From the IMG/VR virus record IMGVR_UViG_3300030339_000017: DNA of 29,659 nucleotides. The stretch is one strand, 5' to 3'. Under the pieces are notes generated by a model. The model ran no database searches. It saw nothing but the letters and a program-made list of their open reading frames with translations, and was not told the origin of the DNA. Origin of the DNA: an uncultured virus (IMG/VR IMGVR_UViG_3300030339_000017). Its lineage: Duplodnaviria; Heunggongvirae; Uroviricota; Caudoviricetes. The translations under genes were made by a program, and so were the position numbers. Position 1 is the first letter of the stretch, and each line of letters begins with the position of its first letter. Of this stretch, positions 27,504-29,659 are shown in pieces.

Positions 27504-28256
27504 TTATTTATTTTCAGTTTCGTTTGAGATTGTCATCTTCAAATCCTGATTTTTCTTATCATCTAGATAAGCTATCGCATCATCTATAGAAGTTCCAATT
27601 ATATCGGTTCCATATAAATATGCATTTTTATTTTTTCTAATAACATTCTTAGCAATAGCTGCTTCTATTAAGAACTCAGTGTTCTTAGTTTTGTTATTAA
27701 CCCATTTAGAGAAGAATTTCTCAGGTTGATTTTCTACGTTTTCAAACAATTTCTGCTCTACTAACTCTGCAGACATTGTATCGGCCTTATAGCCAAATAA
27801 ACGCAAACACTTTCTCATATCCTCAAGAGACATTTTATCAAACTCTCTGATAGCCTCTCTCTTTCTCTTATTAAGTCTATTTGCTTCTTGAGCATCTGCA
27901 TCTTTATCAATCAGTACATAATCGGCTCCGGCTTTAATGTCATTCAATCCATTTGCTACTCTGTGATGGTTCTTTAAAAACAGATACTGCATTTCATCCA
28001 ATGGAATACTGGTATCCAATACGAGTTCTTTATTTGTTATTTTAATTGCAAATGTAACCCAATATGTACTTGACGGGGCCAATGTCCCTTCACTAAAGGC
28101 TAATGCTTTTTCAAATCTAGATGCATCTTCCTGTGTGAGTCCTGTATGTCTATTCCCTGACCTTGTAAGAGCTGGTACTATATAATCAAAACATGATTTA
28201 TATTTAATTATCCCTGCCCAAGCGTCTTTACGCTTATGTTTTAATACTACTAACAT
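27504..28256 (-). CDS. Conserved crAss-like protein encoded downstream of MCP (crAss001 gp33-like), 250 aa
   Basis: WAGIIKYKSCFDYI...TRSG..TGLT.ED...MRKCLRLFG...NQPEKFFSKWVNNK...AIAKNVIRK...YLDDKKNQDLK. Confidence 0.8.
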   Translation of the reverse strand: MLVVLKHKRKDAWAGIIKYKSCFDYIVPALTRSGNRHTGLTQEDASRFEKALAFSEGTLAPSSTYWVTFAIKITNKELVLDTSIPLDEMQYLFLKNHHRVANGLNDIKAGADYVLIDKDADAQEANRLNKRKREAIREFDKMSLEDMRKCLRLFGYKADTMSAELVEQKLFENVENQPEKFFSKWVNNKTKNTEFLIEAAIAKNVIRKNKNAYLYGTDIIGTSIDDAIAYLDDKKNQDLKMTISNETENK

Positions 28257-28342
28257 TTATATATTATTATAAGTTTAATTATTATTTAAAGTCTTTCCTT
28301 CTTTCGAGTATAGACTTTGGTTTATTTATTTTTTATTTTGAT

Positions 28343-28370
28343 ATATAAATGCAGTTTATTGCATTTATAT
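28343..28370. other. Perfect 11-bp inverted repeat directly after the endonuclease stop
   Basis: ATATAAATGCA-GTTTAT-TGCATTTATAT; no U tract follows on the coding (minus) strand, so not a classical terminator in that direction. Confidence 0.5.
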
Positions 28371-29008
28371 TATTCTTTTAATTTCCAGATGAATTTAGGT
28401 GCAGGACCTCTTCTAATATCAGTTCTAACGCCTCTTTTAATTATTCCCCAGATCGTAGCTCTATTAACTCCAGTAATTTCATATGCACTTTTTATGGAAT
28501 CAAATTCTGCTAATTTATTCATATTGATGTCATATTGTATAACTGGTTTCACCCTGTTTTTATTCATCAATATGACTCTTTCTATATTTTCTTTAGATAT
28601 TGGATTTAATTTGTGAGATTCAGACATTCTAGCTCTAATCTCCTCGCTAGCTCTTCTTCCGAGCGCTTTTCGTCTTATCTTCTCTTTAGTCTCGTCTGAG
28701 TGAAGCCTTCCAAATGTGCCATCTCCACCAATAGTTCTATTATATCCTATTGATCTATCTGTTGTATTATAAAATGAAATCCAGAATTTTTCTCTTTCTT
28801 TCATTTTTTCCGCACTATCGCACACTTCAATTGTATCGATAGTAAAATTTTCTTTTCCGTATTTATTTATTGAACGGTGAATAGGAAACGAAGAGCCAGA
28901 TCTTGATTCATACAAGTGATGCAGAAATCGAGTTCTAGCTCCCTGTATCGTTATCCCAATATATATTTTGTTATTTAATTTATTTTCAATTTTATAGACT
29001 TCATACAT
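28370..29008 (-). mobile_element. Free-standing GIY-YIG homing endonuclease with NUMOD3 and NUMOD1/IENR1-like DNA-binding modules, 212 aa
   Basis: VYKIENKLNNKIYIGIT...R..H...KYGKENF...E...GYN catalytic domain; HSDETKEKIR/SEEIRARMSESHK (NUMOD3); KPVIQYD...EFDSIKSA (NUMOD1-like HTH); inserted between MCP and its usual neighbour. Confidence 0.9.
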
Positions 29009-29039
29009 ATTAATATAGTTTATTTGTTATATATTATAT

Positions 29040-29068
29040 AACGTACTATATCCAATATTTGTTGTCAA
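29040..29068 (-). promoter_or_regulatory. Candidate promoter for the endonuclease gene
   Basis: Minus strand TTGACA-(17 nt)-TACGTT, followed by ATATAAT, about 30 nt upstream of the ATG. Confidence 0.35.
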
Positions 29069-29082
29069 TTCATGAAAATTAA

Positions 29083-29658
29083 TTAGTCCTGGATGTCGAG
29101 TATTAATTCTCCACACGCTCTGGGGTCACGCACCATTATGCCTACTTCGCCTAAGAAATGTACAGAATAACCATCTTTTGCATTTGAACGCAAAGTATTG
29201 ATAGATTTTCCATATCCAGCTCCCGGGGTAACAGAACCACCAGTATGCCACATAACCATTTCTCTATCTTTTCTAGCTACCTTAACGATATTTGCTTGAC
29301 CATCACGCATTCCAAAATCAAGGAATGTAAAACGATAAGATTCAGTTGGTTTACCACTAATTGGATGCAATTTACGATTATGAACAATATCATCATACAT
29401 CGGAAGATGTTTAACAGTAAGTTCAATACCATTATGCATACGATAGGTAACAAATTGTCCACCTAATACAAGTTCTTGACCAGCTCCTGAAACGAATTTA
29501 GTATCAATTAAATTGAACGATGTCAATTTTTCTTTCAATACTCTATCGAATTCACGCATACCCATTTCTCCTGTGAAAGCTACAAACTTACGTTCGTTAG
29601 TTCCAAGGATGTTATAAGACATATCAAATAAGAAGTCTTCTAACAAATCGGCAGTTAA
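29083..29658 (-). CDS. Major capsid protein of crAss-like phage (C-terminal part, 5' end beyond window)
   Basis: Frame open to the window edge (LTADLLEDFLFDMSYNILGTNERKF..TGEMG.REFDR...GGQFVTY..NGIELT...HP..GKP..SY...DGY.VHFLGE.GIM.RDP.ACG), characteristic of Crassvirales MCP. Confidence 0.93.
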   Translation of the reverse strand, partial: LTADLLEDFLFDMSYNILGTNERKFVAFTGEMGMREFDRVLKEKLTSFNLIDTKFVSGAGQELVLGGQFVTYRMHNGIELTVKHLPMYDDIVHNRKLHPISGKPTESYRFTFLDFGMRDGQANIVKVARKDREMVMWHTGGSVTPGAGYGKSINTLRSNAKDGYSVHFLGEVGIMVRDPRACGELILDIQD

Positions 29659-29659
29659 T

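Noticed and set aside
28257..29082. Group I intron surrounding the GIY-YIG ORF
   Set aside because: The MCP C-terminus and the downstream gene start both look complete, and the flanks (74 and 113 nt, very AT-rich) are too short and lack recognisable P7/catalytic core elements.
29277..29462. 61-aa minus-strand ORF overlapping the capsid gene
   Set aside because: Out-of-frame overlap within the highly conserved MCP, with no supporting motif or start context.
584..29466. All plus-strand ORFs in the track (e.g. 584-973, 1355-1708, 2660-3109, 5557-5877, 24157-24471, 28317-28616)
   Set aside because: Each lies antisense to a longer minus-strand gene with recognisable motifs. They are Ser/Leu/Phe/Ile-rich shadows of the sense codon bias with no domain signatures.
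1..29659. Stop-codon reassignment (TAG->Gln or TGA->Trp) as in some crAss-like phages
   Set aside because: The standard code already gives full-length, densely packed genes; the only suspicious internal stop is a TAA.
1..29659. CRISPR arrays, tRNA/rRNA genes, integrase or IS elements
   Set aside because: Intergenic spaces are at most ~115 nt, with no repeat-spacer periodicity or cloverleaf seen, and no recombinase or transposase motifs in any ORF.

Overview
A 29.7-kb, AT-rich fragment of a crAss-like bacteriophage (Crassvirales; proteins and gene order resemble the crAss001/Steigviridae-type virion module, host most likely Bacteroidota). All real genes are on the minus strand in one tightly packed late operon read with the standard code. 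In transcription order: major capsid protein (C-terminal part), free-standing GIY-YIG homing endonuclease, conserved post-capsid protein, ring protein, auxiliary capsid protein and a terminator. Next comes a ~7.8-kb accessory block: head-fibre-like protein, two signal-peptide-bearing fibre/beta-helix proteins, holin-like protein, adaptor, collagen tail fibre, membrane protein, spanin-like protein and GH19 endolysin. Then ring protein, IHF-like protein, ring protein, muzzle protein, two cargo (ejected) proteins and a giant cargo protein of at least 1782 aa that runs off the window and is missing from the ORF track. The most unusual features are: (i) a muzzle gene split by an in-frame TAA-ATG, whose C-terminal part carries two circularly permuted, cysteine-depleted Fib_succ_major (FISUMP) domains inserted into loops; (ii) tail-fibre-like and pectin-lyase-like proteins with Sec signal peptides inside the virion operon; (iii) a candidate pseudoknotted or switchable RNA leader before the auxiliary capsid gene. 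Family assignments come from motif recognition and recalled synteny; no database searches were run.
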